From Adineta vaga (taxonomy: Eukaryota; Animalia; Rotifera), in assembly GCA_021613535.1 (NCBI GenBank), contig CP075495.1:3410001-3474000 (forward strand): a stretch of 64,000 bases of DNA. Reading direction: 5' to 3'. The notes under the pieces were generated by a model, which saw nothing but the letters and a program-made list of their open reading frames with translations, was not told where the DNA came from and searched no databases. A program made the position numbers and the translations under genes. Below are positions 26,301 to 38,500 of the stretch, piece by piece. Position 1 is the stretch's first letter; every line of letters starts with the position of its first letter.

Positions 26301-26898
26301 ACTATTGTTCATGGTCATATCACTCAACAATTAAATGAAACCATATCTCTGACAATCTTAGGATGTACACAAATGCCATTATGGGAACGATCACCCATTG
26401 CCACATATCTTTCTTGTACATTTCCAGGTAAATATACATTTCTATTGATTTGTCTAATCGATTTGTACAAGTGATATTTTAGGTCATGAAATGTATGAAA
26501 TGATGTATAAATATGATAGTCTCATGCGAGAATATGATGAAACAATGGCATTTGTTCGTTTATTTATTACAGATATTCATCTTCGACAAAATTTTATTCA
26601 TTATAAACGTACAGAAGAATGTTTAGAACGTTTGTTTCCTCTTGAATCATCGATGATTCGTTTTACAGATGTATTTCAAAATGCATGTTCAATATTTTTC
26701 ACTGCAGACATCGGTCCTGAATGGTTACAAACCTATTTTATGCGTTCACTTAAAGAAGTACAAAAACGTTTAAATTTTGTTGAACGAACATTGAAAAGTC
26801 AATCATCATGGTCACAACGGCCAATGTCAAATAATATATCAAGAATTGTTGTTAAAAAACGCAATGCAACATACAGTAATATTTTACGAAATGTTTAG
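23324..26898 (+). CDS. HEXD: Hexosaminidase D-like GH20 enzyme with N-terminal membrane anchor; multi-exon, with a large intron 24242-25340
   Basis: VHLDLKGAAPK, GANGLLIEYEDMFPY, PLLQVYGHLEYVLK, catalytic HIGCDEV, IWHDM, WVASSFKG, TGWSRYDH...CEFLP. Confidence 0.93.
24331..24768 (-). CDS. ATG8: ATG8/GABARAP/LC3-family ubiquitin-like protein, intronless, nested antisense in a HEXD intron
   Basis: YKHENSLEQRRFESERIRRRYPDRIPVIV...KFLVPSELSFGQFAYNIRRRLRL...ALFF...LYNENKDTDGFLYVCYADEKVFG*. Confidence 0.93.
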   Translation of the reverse strand: MNWQYKHENSLEQRRFESERIRRRYPDRIPVIVQPLSSSSSASSSSLSTSLFRSFTSSSSSSCNETTLARLDNEKFLVPSELSFGQFAYNIRRRLRLRAEHALFFYIGVYGKQPVLSATMETLYNENKDTDGFLYVCYADEKVFG

Positions 26899-28987
26899 GA
26901 AGAATTTAATTGAATAAAGAAGGGTTATAAATCTAGTCATATTTAATCGAAAAACGAACAATGAGTAGACATTGACTTTTGATTTTGAAAACACAACAAC
27001 CATGTGATGTATGTTTATCGTGCATTCCAAACATGTTTTATTCTTTGTCTCATTTTTTTTATTCTATTGTTTTTATTAAGAAATTCTGTTTGGTTCTGAT
27101 CTAAGCGAAAAAATATATATCTAATTATTAGTGATTGATAATTAAATGTTATTCTACTGAGAAATAACAATGTATGATTTATCATTTTAATATTTCGCAG
27201 ATGAATATAGTGATCGTGCTCATTAATTGATCTTTTTATCAAAGTTAGATTCTTTTGCTCTTGCATTGTTAAACTATTGTGAATCTCGTTGTCGCACGTG
27301 TACTGTATACTACATCATTACTAATTCAATAGATCTTGTTTTTCTAAATTCTGTTTTGGAAGAAACAATTGCTAGTTTTCGACGACAAGTCGAAGAAATT
27401 AGTCAGTGACCAATGAAGCCACTTTCTGTACATTCTGTGATCTACTTGATACTTTATGTTTTGTTTAAACACAACTCAGTTTCTTGTTATCATTTTCTTG
27501 ATGCTGACGATTTATTACAATATTAGCCATATTCTGTTCGGTACCATGTCAATTTCGTCCAGTAGTTTGTTTCTGAACTCGACGATATGCATTTAGAATC
27601 GTGATGAGATCAAGAATAATATTCTATGTTTTTCTTTAAATTTCTTCATATTCTCATCTATCTTCAGACTCAAGAAGAAAGGAACATATCCTTCACCTTG
27701 CAAGACTATACATGTGTTTGAGTATGTTTGCAAAAAAAAGAGACCTTTTTTTCTATAAAATTGAGATCAATAGCAGTCGTACTTGTTATCAGAAATATGA
27801 CGCTCAACGTCGTCATACACACATGCTTTATTTTCGTATGTTCGATTTTATTGTACTGCGCAAGAGGGAAATATTTTGATTCATAGTTGCGCATCACCTT
27901 GCTGAGAATGTCATCAATTGTTAAAATGATTGTATACTTATAGACTATGGTAAAAACAAAAGATATTTATATCATGATAACCATCAGTACAAAGAGTAGA
28001 AATTCGTAGTGACCTACGCTGCAGTCCTGGTAGTTTGTTAATAATATATTCGTCATTCGTACATCACACAAGCAATTTTGTTTTGTCAAACATTAGCTCA
28101 TTATTTGTTTGTCAGATGTGTATAAAAACATGTCGATTGTGTAGATTGATGGGTCCCTATCTAATTCTCTTACCTTACCTGTGCTCAACAGACCATGATA
28201 GATATCTTAACAATGCTATCATAGATTGTGATCACTGTACAATTGACAAGGTGAAGTAAATCGTATTCTTCTTGCAAATGATCAAATACATAAATCACAA
28301 CTAAATCGACTAATTTGACATAATATTACTGTAATAATAAGAAAAAAAGCTCCTTTTAAATTCATTAATATAAACCGCATTCGATCGTGACTACTTGAAA
28401 AATATTCTTGACAAACATACGATGTGAAAGATTTAAAATTAAATGTTGCCAAAATACATTATGTACTAAGAATACTGATTATAAGATGAATCTTATCTAT
28501 CATTTTATAAATATCATACATGTATTTTTATTAGAATTGTACAACTATGCTGTACAATAGTTCGCTTGTTACTTCATATATATATATAGAGAGAGTATCA
28601 TTAAGATCTGTGAAGTTTGATATACATATCTTTGCAACATATTGGAAGTAAAGATTTTATGAAAGTATGTGATAAACATTCAACCTTGACACGTAATTAC
28701 CATATAAACAACATCAAAAATAAGTAATTAATAGCTATATGATATATGTTTTGTCTTTCTATTGTTTATGACTTTGTATGAAGTATAAACTGAAGAATAT
28801 AGTGACATTTCGAATGAACCAAGAGAGAGAGATCACGCTAACCTGGCATAACAATAGGATATATATATATAGTCAGCTATCTTAGTTGAATAAGAATACT
28901 TTTGTTTATACTTACCAGCGATCAGTTTAAAAAATATTTTGTATTATCCATTGTTCTATTTCAAATTACTTCATATCATCAATTAAG

Positions 28988-31297
28988 ATGAATGTTCCAA
29001 CGATTATGGTGAATAAAGAACAAATGAAAGATTTGCTCAGGTTTGTTCATGAAAATGAAGCACTGTTAAAACAATATGGTGCCATTAAACTCATTGCACC
29101 ATCTGAACTCGGCGATGTTTTGAAAACTAGACGAATTACATCATCTTCTTGTTCAACTATTCAACGATTGACACCATTAAATCGAAATAAACATATCTTT
29201 TCAGTCACTACTACAAATCAAATTAACAAAGAATCTCACAAACAATTGTCGACTTTAAATGAAGTTACTTTTTGGAAAATATTATCTCGTTCTATTGATG
29301 AACAATACATGTCAAATGTAACTGTTACACCTAATTCAAGTTTTTTTTTGAAAAACGTTTATCAATCTGATTTTAATATATATAAATTGCCTAGACAATC
29401 ACTTTTAAAACTCTGTCCTGATGAAATTTTGAACCAATTTGTTCCTTGTTTGATTCGAATGCATGGACCCGGTGCTATTATACCATTAGCTTCTGCTCGT
29501 CAACGTCTCTCTTCTTTCAATTATCATCATGAAGGTGGTACACGACATTGGTATATTATACCAGCTAGTGAACGAAAAGCTTTAGAAGATTTACTAGAGC
29601 AACAACAGAAACTAGATTCTATTTGTTTGAATCATGGACATATCTTTATAGATCCTTCAATATTGAATACACATAAAATTCGTTATTATAAAATAGTTCA
29701 ACAACCAAATGAAATCGTTATTCTATCAGCTGGAATTTTATCACAAAGTTTCAGTGAAGATGCAAATTGGAATGAATCTATTGATTTTGCATTACCAAGT
29801 TGGATTAATGATAAACATGCAACTACTGAAACATCATGTATGTGTAGATTTCATATTAATGCATTACCAGATACAATTGATACTAAAGTCTTCGATCGTT
29901 TATCGGTTCGACGATATGTTCGTAATGATCTAAATATATCTACCGATGATTTATCACTATCAGATTCAGGTTAATTTAGCAATACATATCTTTTTTTCCA
30001 TTTTTTTTTCTGTTGATTTATTTTAGATGATCAAACTACATATCCTTGGAATTTATCATTATTATCAAATATTTCAATCGGATCTCCAGGTGAATTCTAT
30101 ATTAATTCAATTGAATCTTCTCTCAGTATTCATGGTAACGATGAAGATGAATATACGAATTCTAGTAACCGTCCAAGTCCAATTAGAATTTCCATGTAAG
30201 TTTTTATATTACATCCGAACGAAAACAAATTTATTTATTTTTTCATGTATAGAGATGGCAGTAATCTCAATCCATCAAATGAAAATATGTCTCTTCACGA
30301 ACTTCATCGACGTCGTATTTTATCAGGATCACCGGATATGTCTGATCATGATATGTCACCAAATAATAAAAGACCCCATCATTTATCTTTTGAAGACATG
30401 TTTGATTTCATAGCAACTCCATTCAGTCCATACTATCCAGCCGATTTGTCGTCCAACGATGATTTAGATAGTCCACCTCACATATCAGTATGTATTTTTC
30501 TGTTCCTCAAAAATTAAATAATACGATCTGTTGTTGTTTTGTTTAGACTAATTCACCAGCGTATGATAATAGTTCGAATACCGTTGCACCTGAGAACTTT
30601 GAAACAATGACACATATTAATCGAACTCTATACATATCCAATATGAAACCAGACGTGACTAAAGATGATATTTATCGTCATTTTACTGGTTGTATCAAAG
30701 TTACAATCGGACAAAGTTATTTACCACCACATTTGAAGTATGAACATTATTTTTGTACATTTAATTGAAATGAATAACGTTTTATTTTAGTTATGCATTT
30801 ATTCTTCATTCTACAGAATCATATGCTGAATATAATCGAACAAAACCATTTGATCATCGACTTTTCGGTGCCAATTGTTGCATTGAATATGCTAAGGGAA
30901 AAATGAATCTTGCTTATGAAAATCCAAATTTCGATCAATGGAGTATTGTAGTCAGACATATACCTGAAAATGTTTCTGAAGAATCTATCCGTAATTTATT
31001 TTCTGATTGCGAATTTATGAAATATATTCCGGCACGTCATCGTATTAAAAGAACAAGGACATCATCAGTTAATCCAAACAAAATATTATGGGGGTATGTG
31101 TAAAACGATATCTTATAAAAAATAAGATTGAAACAATCTTAACTTATTATCATTTACTTATCTGTTTATTTAGATATGCTTTTCTATATTATACCGATTC
31201 CAACAGAATCAACAACATCATACAAAATTCCAATAGGTATAAAATTAATGGTGAATTCTTACATGTATCTCTATTCGAATCAACGACATCGCAATGA
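28988..31297 (+). CDS. KDM4-like JmjN + catalytically degenerate JmjC fused to two C-terminal RRMs (667 aa; exons 28988-29969, 30027-30195, 30253-30487, 30547-30737, 30791-31093, 31174-31297)
   Basis: All five GT-AG introns are phase-compatible (2004 nt CDS). JmjN: VPTIMVNKEQMKD...YGAIKLIAP. JmjC: SFNYHHEGGTRHWYIIP, KIVQQPNEIVIL, NESIDFA. RRM1: RTLYISNMKPDVTKDDIYRHF...YAFI. RRM2: SIVVRHIPENVSEESIRNLF...GYAFLYY...INGEFLHVS. Confidence 0.85.
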
Positions 31298-31711
31298 CTA
31301 TAGCAAGAGCAATGTATTTATTATTGAATGTGTATTACATGTTTTTTTTCTCTATCAAAGTAATGATAGAAACAAAAAATAAATTTTGTATAGAATAGCA
31401 ATTAGTCACAGATTTCGATTAGATATTCATTGAAAACATTTGCTGATAATAGATATTATTGGTATGTATGCCATTTAATTCTTCACAAAGATCGTCATAC
31501 GACAGAAAAATGACTTATTCAAAGAACAAACTACTAGAAATAAATTATTCTAAAAGAAAAAACCTATTGTTCGCGGTAAAACAAATGAACATATTTTAAT
31601 GGATATTTTCAACAGAAAAGATTATTATAATTCAGTCTAACAGTATTTTTGTATTGGTTGCCGAAAAAAACTTAGAAAAGAAGTTGTTAATTCTATGTAA
31701 TGATAAAAATT

Positions 31712-33032
31712 TTAAGAAACTTGCATGACATAAGAAGCAATACCACACATATTCTGTCCTCGTAACACAAGAATATATCCTTGTGCGCCCCATGTAACAC
31801 CTGTAAGCAAAAGATGACGATAAATACATTCTTAAATCAGTCTGTACGTACCCCAACTATTTTTACATATCCAATATAGATCTCCTGAAGATGTTTTTCC
31901 GTATCCAACAAGTTGCATCTATGAGCAAAGAGAAAGCTAAAGGCGGTGTGAGTTGTTTTTTCGATTAAATACCATATGATCGATTGTGGTTTTTGAACAT
32001 GATGAATCCTTGTAAATACCTAAAATAACATTAGAAAAATAAGAGTCAATATAACAATCTAAGAAAGATATGTCACACCAGATGTATAAAATTGAAAGGA
32101 TGTTTGACTAGCATCGATACCAACAAACAAAGTCGAATTTTGAATCCATGTGACCATTGTATCTTCATTTTGAGTCTTAAGTCGCATAACTTTATTAAAC
32201 TAAAATGACGATATAATGATTAGGAAAATATAAAAATTTAAAATCTACGTATACAAACGTGAGTAAATGGTGCACATTTTTTTGGTAAACACTGGTTAGT
32301 CACCGATGGATAATCTTCTTGTCGACAGATACCACCGAGTTTTGTAATACATTCAAAGACATTGATTTCTTCAGGACAACAATCATCAATACGTGCAAAA
32401 CTACCTTCTACAAGATTTCCTGTTTGAATAGCATACCAGCTTTCAGTCACTTCTGGAAAATAGTGAAATTGTTTTAAAGAAAGGTCTAGCGAACGTAGCG
32501 TCGTAGATATTCTCACCTACAGCAACGATTGGTTCTACTCGACCTACAATTCCTTGATCTTTTACCGGTGAAATAACACCTTTGGTGCGCCAATCAAGAG
32601 ACTCAGGTACATCATTAAATTCAAGAGAATTGCTCGTATTTGTTGAATGTAGTGTAATAAACTTTTTTGTTGAAGATACCAATTTCTAAATCAAGCAACA
32701 ACTCAATCTGTCAATCAATATTCATGATATGTAGATTTCGTTTACTTCAATACGTTGATCGGCCAAATGATTGATGCTAAGTTTAAATGTTGCATTTGGA
32801 TGTGTACGTTCATAATCGCGAATTCGATTCACATTTTTAAGAAAAATTAATTTATGCTCTGCTTCTTCTGCTGCTGATTTATAATGTTTATTAAAATTAT
32901 GTTTGAATTTAAGCCAATCAAATGAGGAACTACTAGCAGCAAAACCCAACAAAACAAGAAAAATGATCAACTATACAAAGATTTAGAAAAAATTATTGAT
33001 AAATAGTGTCGATGACTTACCTTTGTATGCAT
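31712..33032 (-). CDS. Cathepsin L-like papain-family (C1A) protein with signal peptide and I29 prodomain; catalytic Cys absent; multi-exon
   Basis: MHTK|LIIFLVLLGFAAS; ERFNIN-like EEAEHKLIFLKNVNRI; FKLSINHLAD; PESLDWRTKGVISPVKDQG; GIDASQTSFQFYTSG|IY; IDHMMQLVGYG; YWICKNSWG|VTWGAQGYI...NMCGIAS. Confidence 0.9.
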
Positions 33033-33352
33033 CTTTCTCGTTTTAACTGATAACATATACTGTATGTCACATATATACATACATGTATTGTCAAAAATAA
33101 ATATTTGATAAAGAAATGTATCAGATAACAGATAATGATGAAGTAGGATTAGATTGCATTGTTTTAATAACGTCAACGTATTTTACTTTATTAGTTACGT
33201 TGAAAGATACTTGAAGATAAATCATATGAAAAATAAAAGGTGATAAGATCCTTCTAATTTGTATATTTTTACAGGTTAGTGATGCGAGAATATATCGTGC
33301 TGATAACTACGAAAAATGAAAACTTATTCAAGTCTATTGCTCTACAGTTGTT

Positions 33353-33766
33353 TCAAATATCTTCTTGTGTTGATTGGATTTCAGATTTTCGTTCGTTATG
33401 ACGTATGCTAGATTTTTCGTGAACATCTTCATGTGAAGTATGTTTTGAGCTCATAGCTGCTTTCATAAGTATTGTTACACCAGCAAAATCTCTGAATACT
33501 TGTGTTCGTGATGCCTTGAGAACTAGGTCAAACAGAAACAATGAAAAATTGATTCGCTTTTACTGCATACCTTTCTCTGGTGTGTTTGTATCGACTGATG
33601 TATCTGGATTTGATTGATGATCTGTCTTTGTCTCTTTTGAATGATCAGAATCGTATGATTTATCTAATGTTCCACTTTTTGATGAATTGGTTTTCACTGA
33701 AAATTGATTTCTTTTAAGAACAGTAGAATCAGACGTGTTTTTCAATTTAGTTGGAGATGACGACAT
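33353..33766 (-). CDS. Small hydrophilic, low-complexity hypothetical protein, 2 exons
   Basis: ORF 33560-33802 (ATG at 33766) joins ORF 33353-33541 in frame through a GTATGC...CTAG intron. The protein is S/T/K/D-rich and no family was recognised. Confidence 0.55.
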
Positions 33767-34062
33767 TCTATTCTTGAAATGTTGTTCTAAATACAATAAC
33801 AATCAAAGTCGTAGGAATTATTATTTTTAGTTAAATATTTACAATTTATTCCGAAAAAAAAAGACTTATGTCCGAAGTGCAATTTTCTAAACATTAGAAG
33901 TAATAATGTTTAAGAAGATTAGTAAAAACAATCTTTAAATTAGTTTTTTCTCTTTTCATTCGTACAATTTATTAATGATCTCGATCACAAGAGAAACATA
34001 ACCTATTCAGTACATTTCTTTAAATAAAAATGATATTAATCAGATCAACATATACAAAACAT

Positions 34063-34331
34063 CGAAGTAAATATTGTTCGAATGAGCATGAAATCAATTA
34101 GTTACATAATTATATTTTGTACCATTTTTTAATGTTAATAGTACTAAACAGATGACCTATTATATCTTATAGGTCAGTTTGAGACTATGATTGTCTAAAC
34201 AAGTGATCAAATCTCGAATTTATCTTGTTATTTTCTTTCTCTTTCGAGATATTGGCAAGACAACAAGAAGTAATCATAGATATATAATTGATTTTTATGC
34301 TCATTCGGACAATATTTCCTTCATTACTTCG
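34063..34331. mobile_element. MITE-like non-autonomous inverted-repeat element or relic
   Basis: aaatattgttcgaatgagcatgaaatcaatta (34069-34100) is a near-perfect reverse complement of taattgatttttatgctcattcggacaatattt (34285-34317). The flanking cgaagta/tacttcg extends the pairing. There is an inner palindrome tgacctat...ataggtca at about 34153-34176. Confidence 0.55.
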
Positions 34332-35163
34332 CAATATTTTAACCGTTCGAGCTGAAATTTCTATCGGAAATAGACGATAGATTAGATACTTTCAAGACAT
34401 CGTTTTTTAGTTATAAACATTCTGATACAAGGAATTTTACTCGATTCAATCTTTTCTATACAAATCATTTATAATGTAATTAGAGGTATGTATAGATGAA
34501 TATTATTTATTCACATAGAATCATTACTAAGATTGATTAGAAATATGTTTGAAAGTGTAAGATACTGCTTTTTTAGCTATACACTATGTAGTTAATTCGT
34601 AGTATATATATATATACATGTACTTTGAGTAACATGAGCATGAAAAGACTATTTTAATAATAAATTTTACGAAGAAAAAGAAATCTTTTGTGAGGAAGTA
34701 CAATCTAGAAAACATCGGAAGAGCAGAAGAAAAAAATTAGTATCTGAGTAGTTTTACGTGACTGATTAAAACCTTTAATAACATATTTACATGTAAATAT
34801 TTGACATTGAATTTCATTCGAAATTGTTGAAAGTATTATTTTGTTAGTAAAATATATTTGAGTATAATTTTCATAATGAGTAACTTTTGAAATCTAAACT
34901 AGAAAGAATAATAGTGATGACCTTCATCGTGAAATGTTTATGTGACAAGCATATTCTTAATTGATATAACCGGAAAAAGAAAGCTCAACATAGAAATTAT
35001 GAGAAAAAGGCATATGAGAAGGAACCTTGATCACTTACGGGATCATTTTGTAAGACATTTTTAGAGTGCTTTATATAGAAACAATGAGTAGTGTAATATT
35101 CATATCAAAATTTTAAAACCATAAGATAAAGTCTTTTTTAGTTAATTCAGTACATTGTTTTAT

Positions 35164-35550
35164 CTATTGAGTGTTGTTTTCAACACATTCATTGAAACGA
35201 ATGCGATGTTTTTGACACGTATGCGGCTCACAGCATGGTACGATTCCCCATTTACATAAAACACAAATACGACCTTTTCTGTCTTTATAATGTGTTGTAT
35301 TCATTTGATCACGCCGTTGAAATGTTTGCACATGATTGAATGAATTATCATCTTGAGTACTAAGATCATTATCCATAATTAAATTACGTAAAAATGTATT
35401 TGATCGTTCACGAAGTATTTCAAAATCTCTTTCTTCATTGCTTGATTGACTGATGTCAGCGGAATTTTCTTCAAAACCAACACTCAATGATACGAGTATA
35501 AACAAGAGCACAGAACTAATCGTTACGAATTTCAGATGAAAAATAGTCAT
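35164..35550 (-). CDS. Secreted cysteine-rich prepropeptide with a C-C-CC-C-C (ICK/knottin-like) mature region
   Basis: Signal peptide MTIFHLKFVTISSVLLFILVSLSVG, acidic pro-region, dibasic RR and RK sites, then ICVLCKWGIVPCCEPHTCQKHRIRFNECVENNTQ*. Confidence 0.8.
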   Translation of the reverse strand: MTIFHLKFVTISSVLLFILVSLSVGFEENSADISQSSNEERDFEILRERSNTFLRNLIMDNDLSTQDDNSFNHVQTFQRRDQMNTTHYKDRKGRICVLCKWGIVPCCEPHTCQKHRIRFNECVENNTQ

Positions 35551-38500
35551 CGTTTTCTGATGAATAAATAAAATCGACAAAAAAAATATGCCATTATATA
35601 TGTCGATTTAATACTCTTTTTCTCTGAATAATTATACATTCAGATTGCTTATTCATCTAAATACTCTTGTATACATATTTTTTTCATTCTTCTTGTTTCT
35701 TACTTCAAATTCAATAAGTACTAGCAATCATATTGAATATACATGTACATATGTATCGTTCGAGTAAAAAAGAAAATCTTCTGATTATTCATGACCTTCT
35801 GTTTTTCAAGAAGCTATTGAAATTTATAATAAAGAGAGAAAGAGAAAAAATAACAACACTACATATACATATATGTCTATAATCACATTAGATTCATTAG
35901 TATTTCAAATAAGAAAGTGTTGAAGAAAAAGAAGAAAAAAAGACATTGTCAATCTGGACAATGGTTATATTGTTTTCAAGCATGTTTCATTCTAGCACGA
36001 ATTTGACTAGACAAGGACGTTTTGCGCTCCTATAGGCACACGCCCACATTAATTTGGTAGCAATTCATTCTCCATGATAACACATGAAGGATTATAAAAT
36101 ACGTGTGAACATTACTCATGAAATAATGGAAACTTCCGTCCATGTTGTGATGGTCACTCAATACTCATCTTTCATCATAGTGTGATAAAAATCTAAGTTA
36201 CTTTTTTTCTTTCTTTTAGTAATTTGAGAAGAAGGAGAAAACGGAAACGTATCTTTAATTATCCTTTTCTCTTTCTTTCTCTCTCTCTCTCCCTCTCGTC
36301 GTTTGAGTCAAAATGAAAGTTGACCGTTCCGTTTATTCAATGAATGACAAGTCATCATATTTTTCGATTAAATAGGTATCAAACAGATTGAAATCTCTAT
36401 TAACACATGATGATGAGTTTTTCAATAAATAAAAAGAAAGAATACATATTCATTCTTCTTTTTTTCAATGACAGACCTTCTTCAATTCGATTAATGATGA
36501 GAGTAAAAGAACAAGAAAAGACTCATGCCGAGCTAAGAAATTCAAGAACTGATCACCATTTGGTTCAATCATAATCACACGCGTCCATTCATTTATTTGT
36601 CGTTCTTCTATTTACGATGCGTGATAAAAATACTTGCTCGAGAGAGTGTGACAACAACACGCTGGTCATTCATTCATTAAGATCGAATTACATATACACA
36701 TATATATATATTTATATCCATACACATGCACAAACTTGGACAGATTTAGATTGGAGAGAGTTTTATTGAGCTTACAAAAAAACGGAAAGAAAATCTGTCA
36801 TTATTGATTTATAAGAAAGTAACATTCTCTTGAAAAATGTTAGTTTGATGAACGGAAATGGGTTAGTGTAAAAGCCTTGACGGAATGTGTAATGTTTGAT
36901 TTCATCGACTTGTCGCCGGCATTATCGTTGATGATGGCGCCGGCACTCTATATATTTTGACCAATTGAGACAATTTGGTTGACACTACATACAGATGGTT
37001 ACTGATTGTTGTCGTCGTCTTTTTAAAAATCAAACACGAAAGCTAGCGTCTTTGTCTCGTCTTGACTAAGTAATTGTATTTGAACGATGATGGACATAAG
37101 CGAATGTGAGTGCTAAATCAAAATAGGAAGTCGATTTTTCTCGCTTGACTAAAGTGTTCAAGAACATGTTCGTGCACATTTTCTCTTTGTCGTCGTCGGC
37201 TTTCTCTTGTAAATAGACAAGTAATGTCCACTATTACTATTTTTTCCTTTTTTTTTTACTATTTCAATACTAACATAGTCCGACTAATGGATTGCAAATA
37301 AGAACGAAAGAAAATGTCACTCATATCGTACTGTTGCCATCATGAATAAAGCCACTGGCATTCTCGATCTGTCTATGTCATTATAAATTGTTCTTTTTAC
37401 ATCGAACAAGAAGAAGAAAAGGGTGCGAACAACCTAAGAATCGTTAACTGCCTTTTCTAACAAGTTAATCAAGAAAACAGATTCAAGCAAGAAATCAGAT
37501 CCGATACGATCCTTGATTTATCTTTAGCATTTGTCGTCTGCTAGAAACGTTAATGACATCCTTGAATGGCCGAATTAATGATAATAGTTGGACCATACAT
37601 AGATAGATAGATACATACATACATGCATTACATACATATTAAAGTCTCTTATTACTTCTTCATTTATTTGCTTGTTGACGCATAGAAAAATATGTTGCGC
37701 CATTTTTATTGTTTTAGTATAACTAGAAGAAATAGATCGTAGAATAATCAATTATTCTCACTTAACTGCTTATGTCAATGGCGTCTTCTAGTTCATTAAA
37801 TTTTCTCCTCTTTTCTTTTTTGTCTTACTATAGCTCATCATTATCATTATCATTATCATTACATAAATCCATATGTTAATCACAATCTCACATGAGAATT
37901 AAATATGAGCTTGAAAAAAGAAAGAACCCTGAGGAGGTGTTGTCGTTCTTATCCTTCATTTCATCAAGATCGTTGTTCTCAAGCTGTTATTTTTAAATAA
38001 AGAATTTAGAAGAACAAGTTAACAAAATAGATACATAGTTGAGTAGGACAATTCAACGATGACTTTTATCAATTCATCAGGGTTCAATTATTCGAGCTTG
38101 AGCAATCAAGCAAATAGTACGTTTGTCATTCAATTCACAAATCATTGTATATGTATATATATGGAATAGAGATTATTAGCTCATCTACTCACTGATGTTC
38201 TGAGATAAATTGGCATTTAGATGATCTCTTATCAAACAACAGTACCAATAGCCTATGTGGTCAGCGAGATACTTCCTTCCTGATACATTTTTCTTGTTCT
38301 TCTCCTTATTCTTTACTAGTTCAACAATATTTTTCTTTTTCTCTCTTTCTCTCTTTCTCTATTACTTCTCTCCTTTTCCCTTTCTCTCCCTCTCTCTTTC
38401 TTTCTTTCTTTCTCATTCTTTACTTGCATTTTTTTGTTAAATAGACACTCGTCGATCATCGAATGCACATAACTCATTCATCACCAGTTTGTTGAATTGA

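Noticed and set aside
27227-27409. LVFLNSVLEET resembles a cytochrome P450 K-helix
   Set aside because: It lacks ExxR, and no other P450 motifs were found nearby.
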